Positions 38,059 to 47,296 of a stretch of DNA of 64,000 nucleotides are shown here, one piece after another. Both the position numbers and the translations under genes were made by a program. Origin of the DNA: Candidatus Cloacimonadales bacterium (lineage in GTDB: Bacteria; Cloacimonadota; Cloacimonadia; Cloacimonadales; JAIOQZ01). The stretch is taken from assembly GCA_963674825.1 (NCBI GenBank), contig OY771587.1, positions 3,392,001 through 3,456,000 of the forward strand, read 5' to 3'. The notes beneath the pieces are model-generated. The model had not been told where the DNA came from, ran no database searches, and was given only the letters and a program-made list of their open reading frames with translations. How positions within the stretch are numbered: the first letter of the stretch is position 1; each line of letters begins with the position of its first letter.

Positions 38059-40137
38059 TTATTCTCCTTCTGTGATGTTCTTGAATGCAGGTGCAATGCC
38101 CGGATTGACTTTCAGGAAGCCAAAGAGCAATCCTGCGAATGCTGCTGCCATGACCATGAGCGCAACCCATGAAATCTGGTCATTCTGGAATACAAAATGA
38201 TATCCCGGGAATGCTTCGCCGTATTGCAGCAGCAAGACCACAATGAGATTATTCATAAAGTGCGCAAACATGGCAATATAAAAACTTCCCGTGCGGACCA
38301 TCAAAAACGCGATCCACATACCTAATAGCGAAGCGGGAAGAAGCCTGAAGGGATCGAGGTGCATGACACCGAACATGACTGACGAGATGACAATCGCTGC
38401 CGGGATGCCAAACTTGCGGAATACGCGGAACATATAGCCACGATAAACGGTCTCTTCACAGATGCCCGGTAGTACCGCGACGATCAGGATTTTCATCCAC
38501 AGCGAGGCGTCGTTCATGCCCATCATTTCCGAAAATCTTGCAATGTATTCCTGCGGAATGGGGAAGAGCATGTTTATGAATTCGATCAACTTACTGGCAA
38601 AGAGGTATGTCGGGAGCGACATCAGCATGACCAGCAGAAAGTTGAGCGGCTTGGTACCGTTAAGCCTGAAGGTCTTACGGATATCGACTTTGCCGATACG
38701 CATGATGATCAGTATCGGAATCAGGAAGAGGATTACCAGGGTCTTGATCAGCCCCATTGCGGGATCTTTCGCCTGCCAGCTTCCCCCGATGTAGAATAGC
38801 GCGACGAGCTGTGCACCGAAGATTAGAAACGCCAGCCCGGGCTGGAAGACGTTCTTACTGTTCTTACCCCAGAATTTCAGAGTCTTCTCTTCTTCCACGC
38901 GGAATAGTACGCCTTCGCGGTTGAAGAGCCGCACGGTAACAGCGATCATGATGATATCCAGCACCAGCGTAGAGCCGATGGTAACCAGGAAATTGACCAT
39001 GTTGAACTGATCGAGCATGATCTCTTTGAACAATAGCGCGATATTGATGACCGGGATCATGGAGAATCCGACGTTGAGTTCCACCCCCGGAAGCATGCTG
39101 ACAAAGGACATCATGATGGTGATCATGATGACAGGTGAGAGGTAGGTGTTGGCTTCCCGCATATTACGCGAATAGGTACTGATCGAGAGCAAGATGCCCG
39201 AGATCAATGTAATCAGCGGGATCATCGCCAGGAAGACCAGCGAGAAGCTCGATATTGGCATATGCATGTCCGCGAGGTCGAGCCCGGCCTGCGTCATCAG
39301 ATGCTTGATGGATAGGAACATGCTGAAAAGGTTCATAATGACCGACACGAATTGGAAGGTCATGACGGTGAGATACTTGCCGATCACGATTTCGTTTCGA
39401 TTGGCAGCACTGACAAGAAGCGTCTCCAGCGTACCGCGTTCCTTTTCGCCGGCGATAATATCCGTTGCGATCACTGCACCGCTACTGACGGTCAGGATAA
39501 TCAGCAGATATGGGAGGAGTCTTCCGACCACAAGTCCCAGCATACGCTGCGACGAGGCTATGTTGTCAGACTCCACGGTGACGGCGTTGAGAATCTCCGG
39601 TGAGACCTCGATAGCCTCAAGACGCTTACCGATTAATTGTTCCTCGGCATCGACCAGCATGCCCGTGATGGTATCATATCCGCGTGAACTGCGGTCGTCA
39701 GCCTTGTCGTAGATAAGCTGAATCGCGTAGATCGGGTATTTACGTTCATTCCCGAGCGAATCGGTGCTCTCCTTCTTGATGATCATCACCGACTGGAAGA
39801 AACGGTCGTTCAACCTGGCACGGAAATCCTCTTCAGTAAGCAGGTTCGGGTTGTCCTCGTTGGGCACGTCTTTGGGGTAAATATCAAAGAGGCTATCGGC
39901 TTCGAAGACCGACGAGATATGCTCGGAAAGGCTGTCTTTCACAGTGTCGTGGATATACATGCGAATGGTTTCAGTATCGAGCTTCTTCTCCTGTCGCATC
40001 ATGAGTGAAGAGAAGAGGATCATGATGATCGGATAGAAAATGATAGGCAGGAGCATCGAGGTAATGATGGTTCGGCGATCCCGAAGCAGGTCCTTGATCT
40101 CCTTCTTATAGATTGTGAAGATTTTACTCGCATTCAT
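38059..40137 (-). CDS. natB: NatB-like ABC permease fused to a CPBP (Abi) intramembrane metalloprotease domain
   Basis: KEIKDLLRDRRT, GEKERGTLETLL; C-terminal PGICEETVYRG, FGVMH, AHFMNN. Confidence 0.85.
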   Translation of the reverse strand: MNASKIFTIYKKEIKDLLRDRRTIITSMLLPIIFYPIIMILFSSLMMRQEKKLDTETIRMYIHDTVKDSLSEHISSVFEADSLFDIYPKDVPNEDNPNLLTEEDFRARLNDRFFQSVMIIKKESTDSLGNERKYPIYAIQLIYDKADDRSSRGYDTITGMLVDAEEQLIGKRLEAIEVSPEILNAVTVESDNIASSQRMLGLVVGRLLPYLLIILTVSSGAVIATDIIAGEKERGTLETLLVSAANRNEIVIGKYLTVMTFQFVSVIMNLFSMFLSIKHLMTQAGLDLADMHMPISSFSLVFLAMIPLITLISGILLSISTYSRNMREANTYLSPVIMITIMMSFVSMLPGVELNVGFSMIPVINIALLFKEIMLDQFNMVNFLVTIGSTLVLDIIMIAVTVRLFNREGVLFRVEEEKTLKFWGKNSKNVFQPGLAFLIFGAQLVALFYIGGSWQAKDPAMGLIKTLVILFLIPILIIMRIGKVDIRKTFRLNGTKPLNFLLVMLMSLPTYLFASKLIEFINMLFPIPQEYIARFSEMMGMNDASLWMKILIVAVLPGICEETVYRGYMFRVFRKFGIPAAIVISSVMFGVMHLDPFRLLPASLLGMWIAFLMVRTGSFYIAMFAHFMNNLIVVLLLQYGEAFPGYHFVFQNDQISWVALMVMAAAFAGLLFGFLKVNPGIAPAFKNITEGE

Positions 40138-40891
40138 CTTCAACCCCCTCGTCACACTTACTCACTTTAACATAGTGGATGAAGATGTCGTCCAGATCCT
40201 GCTTTCCGCTATCTTCCTTGAGCTTGTCCCAAGTTCCTTCGGCGAGCAGCGTTCCTTTGTGGATCATCACGATTCTATCGGCGATGCGTTCCGCTTCCCG
40301 CATGATGTGGGTGGAGAATAGCACGCATTTGCCATCGTCCCGGCACTTGCGGATAAAGGATACGATGTTTGACGCGGTAAGGATGTCCAGCCCGGATGTA
40401 GGTTCGTCGAAGATCATCACCGGAGGATCGTGGATGATGGATCTCGCGATGGATACTTTCTGCTTCATACCGGTGGAGAGGAAGTCGATGCGGCGGTCTA
40501 GGAACTCACGCATATCCAGGAAATCGGCCATGGATTCAATGCGCTCGTTGATGACGCTATCTGGCACATCGTAGAGTTTTCCGAAATAGGCGATCATCTC
40601 ACGGGCGGTCAGCCTTGCGTAAAGCCCGGTATCGCCAGAAAGGAAGCCGAGATTGCGGCGCACATCCCTTGGATGGGTGTGGGTGTCGAATCCCTCGATG
40701 CTGGCCGAGCCGGATGTCGGTTGCAGGATGGTAGAGAGCATGCGCATGGTGGTTGTCTTACCTGCACCGTTCACGCCTACAAGAGTGACGATCTCGCCCG
40801 TATTGACGTGGAAACTGAGATTGTTCACCGCGTTGAAGCTCTCGCCCTTCTGTTTCTTGAATTCTTTGGTAAGGTTCGAAACTTGGATCAT
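40124..40891 (-). CDS. natA: NatA-like ABC transporter ATP-binding protein
   Basis: GVNGAGKTT, LSTGMKQKV, IIHDP, FDEPTSGLD, FSTHIM. Confidence 0.88.
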   Translation of the reverse strand: MIQVSNLTKEFKKQKGESFNAVNNLSFHVNTGEIVTLVGVNGAGKTTTMRMLSTILQPTSGSASIEGFDTHTHPRDVRRNLGFLSGDTGLYARLTAREMIAYFGKLYDVPDSVINERIESMADFLDMREFLDRRIDFLSTGMKQKVSIARSIIHDPPVMIFDEPTSGLDILTASNIVSFIRKCRDDGKCVLFSTHIMREAERIADRIVMIHKGTLLAEGTWDKLKEDSGKQDLDDIFIHYVKVSKCDEGVEDECE

Positions 40892-41024
40892 GTAGTTTCC
40901 TTTGTTATCATCGTTTGCGTCATAACAGCGAAGATGTAAACACCGTTTCTAATCCATCTTCACGGAATTCGCGCAAACATATCATTTTTTTATTGACGTA
41001 ATTCTATTCTTCTGTGCAATATAA

Positions 41025-41090
41025 AGTTGCGAGTGACATGAATTCCTTTGGAATTCGGCGGATTCCCATCGACGGGTGGGAATCCGTTTT
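41025..41090 (+). ncRNA. Candidate small RNA (two hairpins plus U-tail); alternatively just a terminator
   Basis: TTGACG at 40993; GAATTCC-TTT-GGAATTC (41040-41056); CGGATTCCCATC-GACG-GGTGGGAATCCG-TTTT (41059-41090). Both flanking genes are on the minus strand. Confidence 0.35.
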
Positions 41091-41116
41091 CATTATCGCA
41101 ACTGCTTATAAACATA

Positions 41117-41722
41117 TCAATCGGACGCTTCACTGTCGTCATCTTCATCATCAACGTAGTAGAAGCCCTCAACGTTCCATTTTATACCCAACGGGTAGTA
41201 AATTCTTTCCGCAACCATCATTGCCAGGCTGAATCCGAGGTAAAGGAACAGGCCAAACTCGAGATAACCAACAAGCACCATCGCTTTGGGCGTCTCTCCG
41301 GCAATCACATGTCCGATCAGGTAGGTCAGTGAATAGGCCACCGCGCCCATAATCGCGAACGGAATGCTCTTGATCTTAATACCGTTGGGTCTCATCCAGA
41401 AGAGATCGATAATCAATCCCGTGAGAATCATCAAAACGATATAAGTAGGATACAGAGACATGGCGTTACCCTGAGCTCGCATCAGGAAATAACTGACACC
41501 TGCACCCAGGATGGCTGATACGACAAGGATGATCGTGCGTGGATAAAACCGTGCCGTAGCGTAAACCACCGACATGGCGATTCCCATGAGAAACAGCTCG
41601 AATCCGCGCGCAGTTCCGGAGAAGATATTCAGGTGAATCAAGAGCCCCACAAGATAGCAGACTATCATGGTAACCGCGCTGGTTATCAGGAGCACGAACA
41701 GGCGAAAAGGAACGGCTTTCAT
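41117..41722 (-). CDS. Hypothetical integral membrane protein (about 6 TM, acidic C-terminal tail)
   Basis: Hydrophobic segments; GGAGG RBS; ends DDEDDDSEASD. Confidence 0.75.
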   Translation of the reverse strand: MKAVPFRLFVLLITSAVTMIVCYLVGLLIHLNIFSGTARGFELFLMGIAMSVVYATARFYPRTIILVVSAILGAGVSYFLMRAQGNAMSLYPTYIVLMILTGLIIDLFWMRPNGIKIKSIPFAIMGAVAYSLTYLIGHVIAGETPKAMVLVGYLEFGLFLYLGFSLAMMVAERIYYPLGIKWNVEGFYYVDDEDDDSEASD

Positions 41723-41744
41723 CGGGACCTCCGGGTTATGGCTA

Positions 41745-43619
41745 TCAATTTACGAACTGCCAGTAAACAGTAAAATTATAGTGTACGCCGTGGGCTTCAC
41801 GGTCGAACAGGTTATCCTCAGATGTAAGGTTGTATGCTTCCAGGTTGATCTGGAATTTACGGGTTATCTGAATGCCAAACCAGCCGTCGAGGACGCGAGT
41901 GTACTCCACCGGCAGTCCACGCCAGTCAGTGTATTCGGAGACTTGAAGCTGTCTTACACCGAGCTTTAGCAGATTGTTATGTCCCACATCATACATCAGC
42001 TCCAGTGCGCTGGAAAGCTTCCATTCGGGCAGCTCGATCACTTCATCGGTATCGCGATAATCCACCTTCGATGTAACATTGAACGAGAATTTTCGCCATC
42101 TGGTCTGCATTCGCGTGATGAGTGCGGCTCCGTAGATATCCTTTTCCTTCTGGTCGATAATAATATTGACCGCAGGTCTCGAATATGCCTCGTACTCCGA
42201 GCGGAGAAGAGACCAGTCGAGATCGAGGTGAAGCCAACCCAATTCATGTTGCATCCGAAATCCTGCATGCATAGCGCTTTCGCGGAACTCGTAGCGGCGA
42301 TCCAGGTATGCCTCGCGCTCGCCTTCGATCTTGTAGCCGACAGCTATAGCGATTGAATCGCCCCAGGCGATATCCATCGATTTTCTGAGATCGTAACCGT
42401 ACTCGCGCAAGAAATCTGCATGGGTGTGTAGATGTCCAATATCCAGCCGGTGTTCAGCCAGCCAGGAGTCATGCTCGAAGTCGCGCGATTGCACCGTCAC
42501 GTCAATCTGCTGATAGAAGAGGCTGTCACCAGCGTGCAGCAGGTAGTAGGCGTCGAATTCGTCGATGTCGAGGTCGAGATTCTGGTATGATCTGCGTTGA
42601 TATTTATAGCCGACATCCAGCCAATGGTTGTCCCAGAAAATGCTGTGATCCCACAGACGTTCCCGCACGTACTCTTGCTGCGTCGGTTGATAGACTTTCT
42701 TGAGCTTGCCAGGATCGATGTTATGGTTGATAATATCGTTATCGAGATAGATGTCTCCCAGGCCCGTGTGCCAGGTTACGTGGGAGAGGAAATCACCGGC
42801 TTCTTCATTTTCAGTGAACTGCTCGCCTTCGTAAGCCAGATATTTGACATCGAGATCGACATCGTTCACCCCGAAGACATCTCCTTTCATAAAATGTATA
42901 TAGGCGTGATTCATTACGTAATCACCCAGCCCGAGTTGTGCTTCGGTAACGGGAACCGGGTTGCTGTAGCTCTCGTTTCGGAGATTGTAAACCCTGTCTT
43001 CCTGCGGAATAGCGTAGAGCTCTTTCATCCATTGTAGGGTGTGAGTCCCGTCAATGGGAAGCTCTGTCTGGATGAAGCCGTTGCGCGTAAAGTGGAAAGT
43101 TGTCTGATAAGGTGCGTACAGATGGAAATTCTCCTGTGAATAGATGAACCTCGTATCGCTAAAATGGTTGTTATAGCGCTCCCTCAAGTCGTCGAGCTTC
43201 TCTTCGAGTCTTGCTTTCATGTACCTGAGTGTGCGCGTTGTGTCGGACACAACTTCATCTTCGTCGGTCATGATGCTGCCAACGAACACCACGTTGATCA
43301 GCAATGTGGCAGTCACAGGCTTGCCTTTGGCGGTTGCGGGCGCGAATTTCCACTCGTTCAGGCTCTCGATAACAAGGCTGTCCAGCTTGCCTTCGCCGGG
43401 GATGCTTATGGGAATGACTTCGCCCAGCGTGCTATCCGGTAGAATTTCTATTTTAAAGATCGCGACTCTACCGTCGTAAATCATGTCCTCTGCTTCTGTG
43501 ATATGAAAAGGTTCCTGCTTGATCGCCTGCGCTCCGAAATAGGTGGAATCAGGCGTTTGTCCTGCCAGGCTGCAAGCGAGTAGCAGGAGAATCAAAGCCA
43601 GTTGTGATCTTGATACCAT
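41745..43619 (-). CDS. Signal peptide + TonB C-terminal-like domain + outer-membrane beta-barrel (putative porin)
   Basis: LDSLVIESLNEWKFAPATAKGKPV..LLINVVF (TonB_C); C-terminal amphipathic strands with EAYNLT..HYNFTVYWQFVN. Confidence 0.7.
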   Translation of the reverse strand: MVSRSQLALILLLLACSLAGQTPDSTYFGAQAIKQEPFHITEAEDMIYDGRVAIFKIEILPDSTLGEVIPISIPGEGKLDSLVIESLNEWKFAPATAKGKPVTATLLINVVFVGSIMTDEDEVVSDTTRTLRYMKARLEEKLDDLRERYNNHFSDTRFIYSQENFHLYAPYQTTFHFTRNGFIQTELPIDGTHTLQWMKELYAIPQEDRVYNLRNESYSNPVPVTEAQLGLGDYVMNHAYIHFMKGDVFGVNDVDLDVKYLAYEGEQFTENEEAGDFLSHVTWHTGLGDIYLDNDIINHNIDPGKLKKVYQPTQQEYVRERLWDHSIFWDNHWLDVGYKYQRRSYQNLDLDIDEFDAYYLLHAGDSLFYQQIDVTVQSRDFEHDSWLAEHRLDIGHLHTHADFLREYGYDLRKSMDIAWGDSIAIAVGYKIEGEREAYLDRRYEFRESAMHAGFRMQHELGWLHLDLDWSLLRSEYEAYSRPAVNIIIDQKEKDIYGAALITRMQTRWRKFSFNVTSKVDYRDTDEVIELPEWKLSSALELMYDVGHNNLLKLGVRQLQVSEYTDWRGLPVEYTRVLDGWFGIQITRKFQINLEAYNLTSEDNLFDREAHGVHYNFTVYWQFVN

Positions 43620-44572
43620 TTATACGTCTCCATAAGGGCGTCACGTGGGTCGTAATCCGGTTCCCAGCCGATAAGCCTTTTCGCCTTTTCCGATGAACAG
43701 AGCCAGCGCTTTCCAGCGAAATCGGGTACACGCTGGAAATTCAGAATCGGAACCTTGCGAACGATCCTGCCGAAGATCTCCGAGAGCAGCGCTGCAGGGT
43801 AGATCAACGGCACGGGCAGGTGAATCCTGATTGCGAAGGTCGCGATCGCTTCCTCCAGATAATCGATGAACTGATCGAACGAATAGTCGATACCGTCCGA
43901 TACGAAAAACGTCTGTCGGAACGTCTTTTCCTGCATGGGAAGCATAGACAGAAAGCGAACCAGATCCTTGCTGTAAATCGCGCTGAACTTGCGTTTTCCA
44001 GCAAGCAGAACAATCAGATGCATTTTCGCCATCCTGAAGTAGCTGAGGAAATCACGATCGCCAGGACCGAACACCGATGCCGGCCTAACGATGGTCCAGT
44101 CTATGTCTTCACAGTGGTGAAGAAGCTTTTCCGCTTCCAGCTTGCTCTTTCCGTAGCCGGACACCGGTTTGCATGCGTCACTCTCAAGCTTGCACTGACC
44201 CTCTGAAGCTGCCTGACCAGCCGCTGCCTGCGAGCTGAGGAATACGAAATGCTGCACCGATTCGTTGTCGATCGCGGCCTTCAAGAGGTGCCGCGTCACA
44301 TCGACGTTTGCGCGCATGAGCTCAGATCTCTTGAATGCTTTGGTCATGCCGGCCAGATGATAAACGATTTCATAGCCACTCAGTGCATCGTAGAGTTGCT
44401 CCGGCTTGAAGTAATCCACATGGTGCAAATGAGGGTGAAGCTCCTCGGGGATGAGGCTGATGTCCGAACTCTCGCGGATCAAGCCACGGGCTTCGAAACC
44501 CATCCTGTGGAGCTGCGTCATTAACTGGCTTCCGATAAAGCCATTCGCGCCGGTGACAATTACTTTTTGCAT
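43592..44572 (-). CDS. NAD-dependent epimerase/dehydratase (extended SDR)
   Basis: VTGANGFIG, HLAG, LSSQAA, YGKSK, RPASVFGP. Confidence 0.9.
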   Translation of the reverse strand: MQKVIVTGANGFIGSQLMTQLHRMGFEARGLIRESSDISLIPEELHPHLHHVDYFKPEQLYDALSGYEIVYHLAGMTKAFKRSELMRANVDVTRHLLKAAIDNESVQHFVFLSSQAAAGQAASEGQCKLESDACKPVSGYGKSKLEAEKLLHHCEDIDWTIVRPASVFGPGDRDFLSYFRMAKMHLIVLLAGKRKFSAIYSKDLVRFLSMLPMQEKTFRQTFFVSDGIDYSFDQFIDYLEEAIATFAIRIHLPVPLIYPAALLSEIFGRIVRKVPILNFQRVPDFAGKRWLCSSEKAKRLIGWEPDYDPRDALMETYKWYQDHNWL

Positions 44573-44666
44573 GCAGTTGAAATTCCTGACCAATTGCGAT
44601 TCAGTCAATTGATTTTATGTGATAGGTTGAATTTGCCGTGATGAATTGCAACCCACATCGCTGTTT

Positions 44667-44851
44667 CCCTAATCCTCGCCCTTTTCTCAGGGAGAGAGTC
44701 GGTTCGACGAAGGAGAACCGGGATGAGGGAGAAAAATCAAAATGATTCCGCTAACATGAATTCGCTACGCAAATGGTTTTCGTTTTCACTTTGTGAAAGC
44801 CGAAAAGGGCTTTCGTTCGATCATTTCGTTTTAACTACGTCAAAGCCGAAA
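44667..44851. repeat. Cluster of REP-like palindromes (array C), homologous to 13242-13387
   Basis: GGGAGAGaGTCGGTTCGACGAAGGAGAACCGGGaTGAGGGAGAAAA (44690-44735) matches 13257-13302 with 2 mismatches; GGCTTTCGTTCGA..ATTTCGTTT..CTACG..AAAGCCGAAA lies directly after the stop codon in both copies. Confidence 0.85.
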
Positions 44852-46480
44852 TTACTTCATCAGCGTCACCTTCTGCGTTTGGAGCGTCCTATCTCCTGCA
44901 TTCAGTTTACAGAAATAGACCCCACTGGCGAAATCTCCGGCATTCCAGGTCATGGATGAGGGAAACCCCCTTTTATTCCCCCTTATCAGGGGGATAGGGA
45001 CTGAGTCCACTTTTTGCCCTCGTATATTATAGATTTCTATCGTCAAATCGTGGTATTCGGTATCCGTCTTGATCTCGAACGACACCTCCGGATTAAACGG
45101 ATTGGGGTACGCATTGAAGGTGATATCCGCCGGCGGCACGGTCTCGTCATCCACCGGTTCCGGATCCTGTTCAACTAATCCGGCATGGCCTGCATACACA
45201 TAGACATCGCCATAGTTAGACGGGTAGGTGGTGCTTTCCCCGTAAGCGCCAACGGCAATATCATCGAATCCATCGTTATCAAAATCACCGACCGCATATC
45301 CCCCGCCGTACCCGTAATGCCCATCGAAATCGTAATAATCTTCTGTTCCGTTTTGGTTGCCGAGATAGAAATAAAGGCATCCCCCATATTCCGATGGATT
45401 CGTATCAATGTAATCATTTTTTTGGTCTCCGTTAATATCTCCTATAGCCGGCATGAAGAAATTGGATGTCTCAATATACGTATATCGATCCCAGTCAATG
45501 GTCTCGCCACCTCGCCATAAGCGTGTACCAACTGCTTCGAAATCTTCATTAAGATCATAGGATTTAAATGCAAAATCATCGTATCCATCGTTATCCCAAT
45601 CGCCTGCGGGCATAAGTTCATATAGTAGTGAATACGAATAGGTATGTCTTTGATAGTGTAGCAACGCGTCCGGAATGGTATCCTGCACAGCTCCACCCCA
45701 GAAAAAACGGAAGAAGTAATTATATGTAAAAGTCTCATCGGGATTATGAACATTTTCGCCCTCATAACAGAAACTGAAATCGTCATAGCCGTCGTTGTTT
45801 ACATCGCCCAGACCACGGAAACCACGGTTAGTGCTCATGCGCGTATAGATGCTGTCAATAAACACCACCTTTTCGAAGCTGCCGCCGTAGATGATCGAGT
45901 AGGTCAGATAATTATGGTCTTCCTCCGTTACCCCCGCGTCGTCGTACCCGTCGCCGTTGATATCGCCAAGGGGGTGTATTTCTGCACTGGAGGAGTTAAC
46001 TTCGTATTCATAATCAGGAATAGTGTCGTTGACGGAACTACCTAAGAGGATTCTGCAATAATGATGAAATGAATATTCACCATCGTACATTCCATAACTG
46101 TAACGGTAACCGATATCATCAAATCCATCACCGTTCATATCACCGAGGTTTTGTGGTAGCCACCAATTATCGATATATGTTTTCGTTGTATCAACAAGTG
46201 TGGATGCTATGAAGTCTGGAGACTCAGGTAAACCGTCTTCTGAACCATAATAGACATATAATTTTCCTTTCTGGTTGGTGTGTTCTTCATCAATATAATA
46301 CCGATAAGCATTCACAGCCAGATCGTCAATATTGTCGCCATTGAAGTCCAATGAGACAACATTTTTCCCGAAACTGTCGTTTGCTTGTTCACCGTGTTGC
46401 TGCCATACCACTTCGAGCTGGTTGTTGGCAATTAAAAGAACGCTAATAGCGAGTAAGATGGCTATATATAGGTATCGCAT
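44852..46480 (-). CDS. FG-GAP beta-propeller protein with T9SS-type C-terminal sorting domain, paralogue 2
   Basis: Collinear with 13388..15058; start MRYLYIAILL at 46480 with GGAGG RBS; YPNPFNP...KVTLMK. Confidence 0.9.
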   Translation of the reverse strand: MRYLYIAILLAISVLLIANNQLEVVWQQHGEQANDSFGKNVVSLDFNGDNIDDLAVNAYRYYIDEEHTNQKGKLYVYYGSEDGLPESPDFIASTLVDTTKTYIDNWWLPQNLGDMNGDGFDDIGYRYSYGMYDGEYSFHHYCRILLGSSVNDTIPDYEYEVNSSSAEIHPLGDINGDGYDDAGVTEEDHNYLTYSIIYGGSFEKVVFIDSIYTRMSTNRGFRGLGDVNNDGYDDFSFCYEGENVHNPDETFTYNYFFRFFWGGAVQDTIPDALLHYQRHTYSYSLLYELMPAGDWDNDGYDDFAFKSYDLNEDFEAVGTRLWRGGETIDWDRYTYIETSNFFMPAIGDINGDQKNDYIDTNPSEYGGCLYFYLGNQNGTEDYYDFDGHYGYGGGYAVGDFDNDGFDDIAVGAYGESTTYPSNYGDVYVYAGHAGLVEQDPEPVDDETVPPADITFNAYPNPFNPEVSFEIKTDTEYHDLTIEIYNIRGQKVDSVPIPLIRGNKRGFPSSMTWNAGDFASGVYFCKLNAGDRTLQTQKVTLMK

Positions 46481-46595
46481 GGTACCCTCCCATATAAGCG
46501 CTATGATCAACAATTTTTCATGATTCGTCAAGTGATATTGTGGGAGCGGAGGCGTGTTGTTTTGGAAATTGGGTATTAGATGTTATATCAGGGAA

Positions 46596-47108
46596 TTATA
46601 CCAAATCTTTCAGGTAGGGTTTGAAGAAGTGATGGATAAAGGCAAGGATAAGAACACTTACGACGATAGCAATCGCGACATTCAGGGAGAATCCATCCAC
46701 TGCCATACCCAGGGCGGTACCAGACGCGGGAGGATGCTCCATATCGATAACTACCATGATGAAAATGGAGATTCCCACTGCCAGTGCATACACGGCCACA
46801 TGCAGGAGCAAGCTTTCCGGAAGTGCGGTGGAGAGCAAGCCCATGAGCGAACCGACGGTAAGCCCGGTGAGGTGACCACCAATGAGGTTGCGTGAACGGG
46901 CCGCGATGTTTTTTGGCATCGCGAAGATGATAAAAGCAGATGCGCCCAGCGCGGCGACGTTCGCCAGACGTGAGGTCTGCAATACCAATAGTACAATGAA
47001 GAGTGCTGCGGATGCAGCCGCGCTCTGGAAAATGTAATTTTTCCAGTGGTGCTTGAATTCGTCGATTTGCTTCTTGAATGTTCGATGTACAAAATGTTGT
47101 TGTTCCAT
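46596..47108 (-). CDS. HPP family membrane protein
   Basis: ALGASAFIIFAMP...RNLIGGH...EHPPASGTAL. Confidence 0.9.
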   Translation of the reverse strand: MEQQHFVHRTFKKQIDEFKHHWKNYIFQSAAASAALFIVLLVLQTSRLANVAALGASAFIIFAMPKNIAARSRNLIGGHLTGLTVGSLMGLLSTALPESLLLHVAVYALAVGISIFIMVVIDMEHPPASGTALGMAVDGFSLNVAIAIVVSVLILAFIHHFFKPYLKDLV

Positions 47109-47296
47109 ATTCGCAAATATGGCCAGACGGATATTCCTGTGTCAAGTAAAAAGCTGTGACAGATAACGTGGAAAAGCGAAAGAAGTTGATGCTAACAATC
47201 GAGTATGCTCGATTGATCGAATGCTGTTCAGAAACATGGCTTGACAAGATTATTAGGAAATATTTGATTTAACACGCAAGTGATTAACAGCTCTGG

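Noticed and set aside
13388..46480. FG-GAP paralogues as the template/variable pair of a diversity-generating retroelement
   Set aside because: Differences include many synonymous non-adenine third-position changes (GGG/GGC, CGC/CGT, ACG/ACT) and indels, both copies are full ORFs, and no reverse transcriptase is in the window.
46588..47247. 219-aa minus-strand ORF overlapping the HPP gene in another frame
   Set aside because: The HPP frame has clear family motifs; this frame has none and shows atypical composition.
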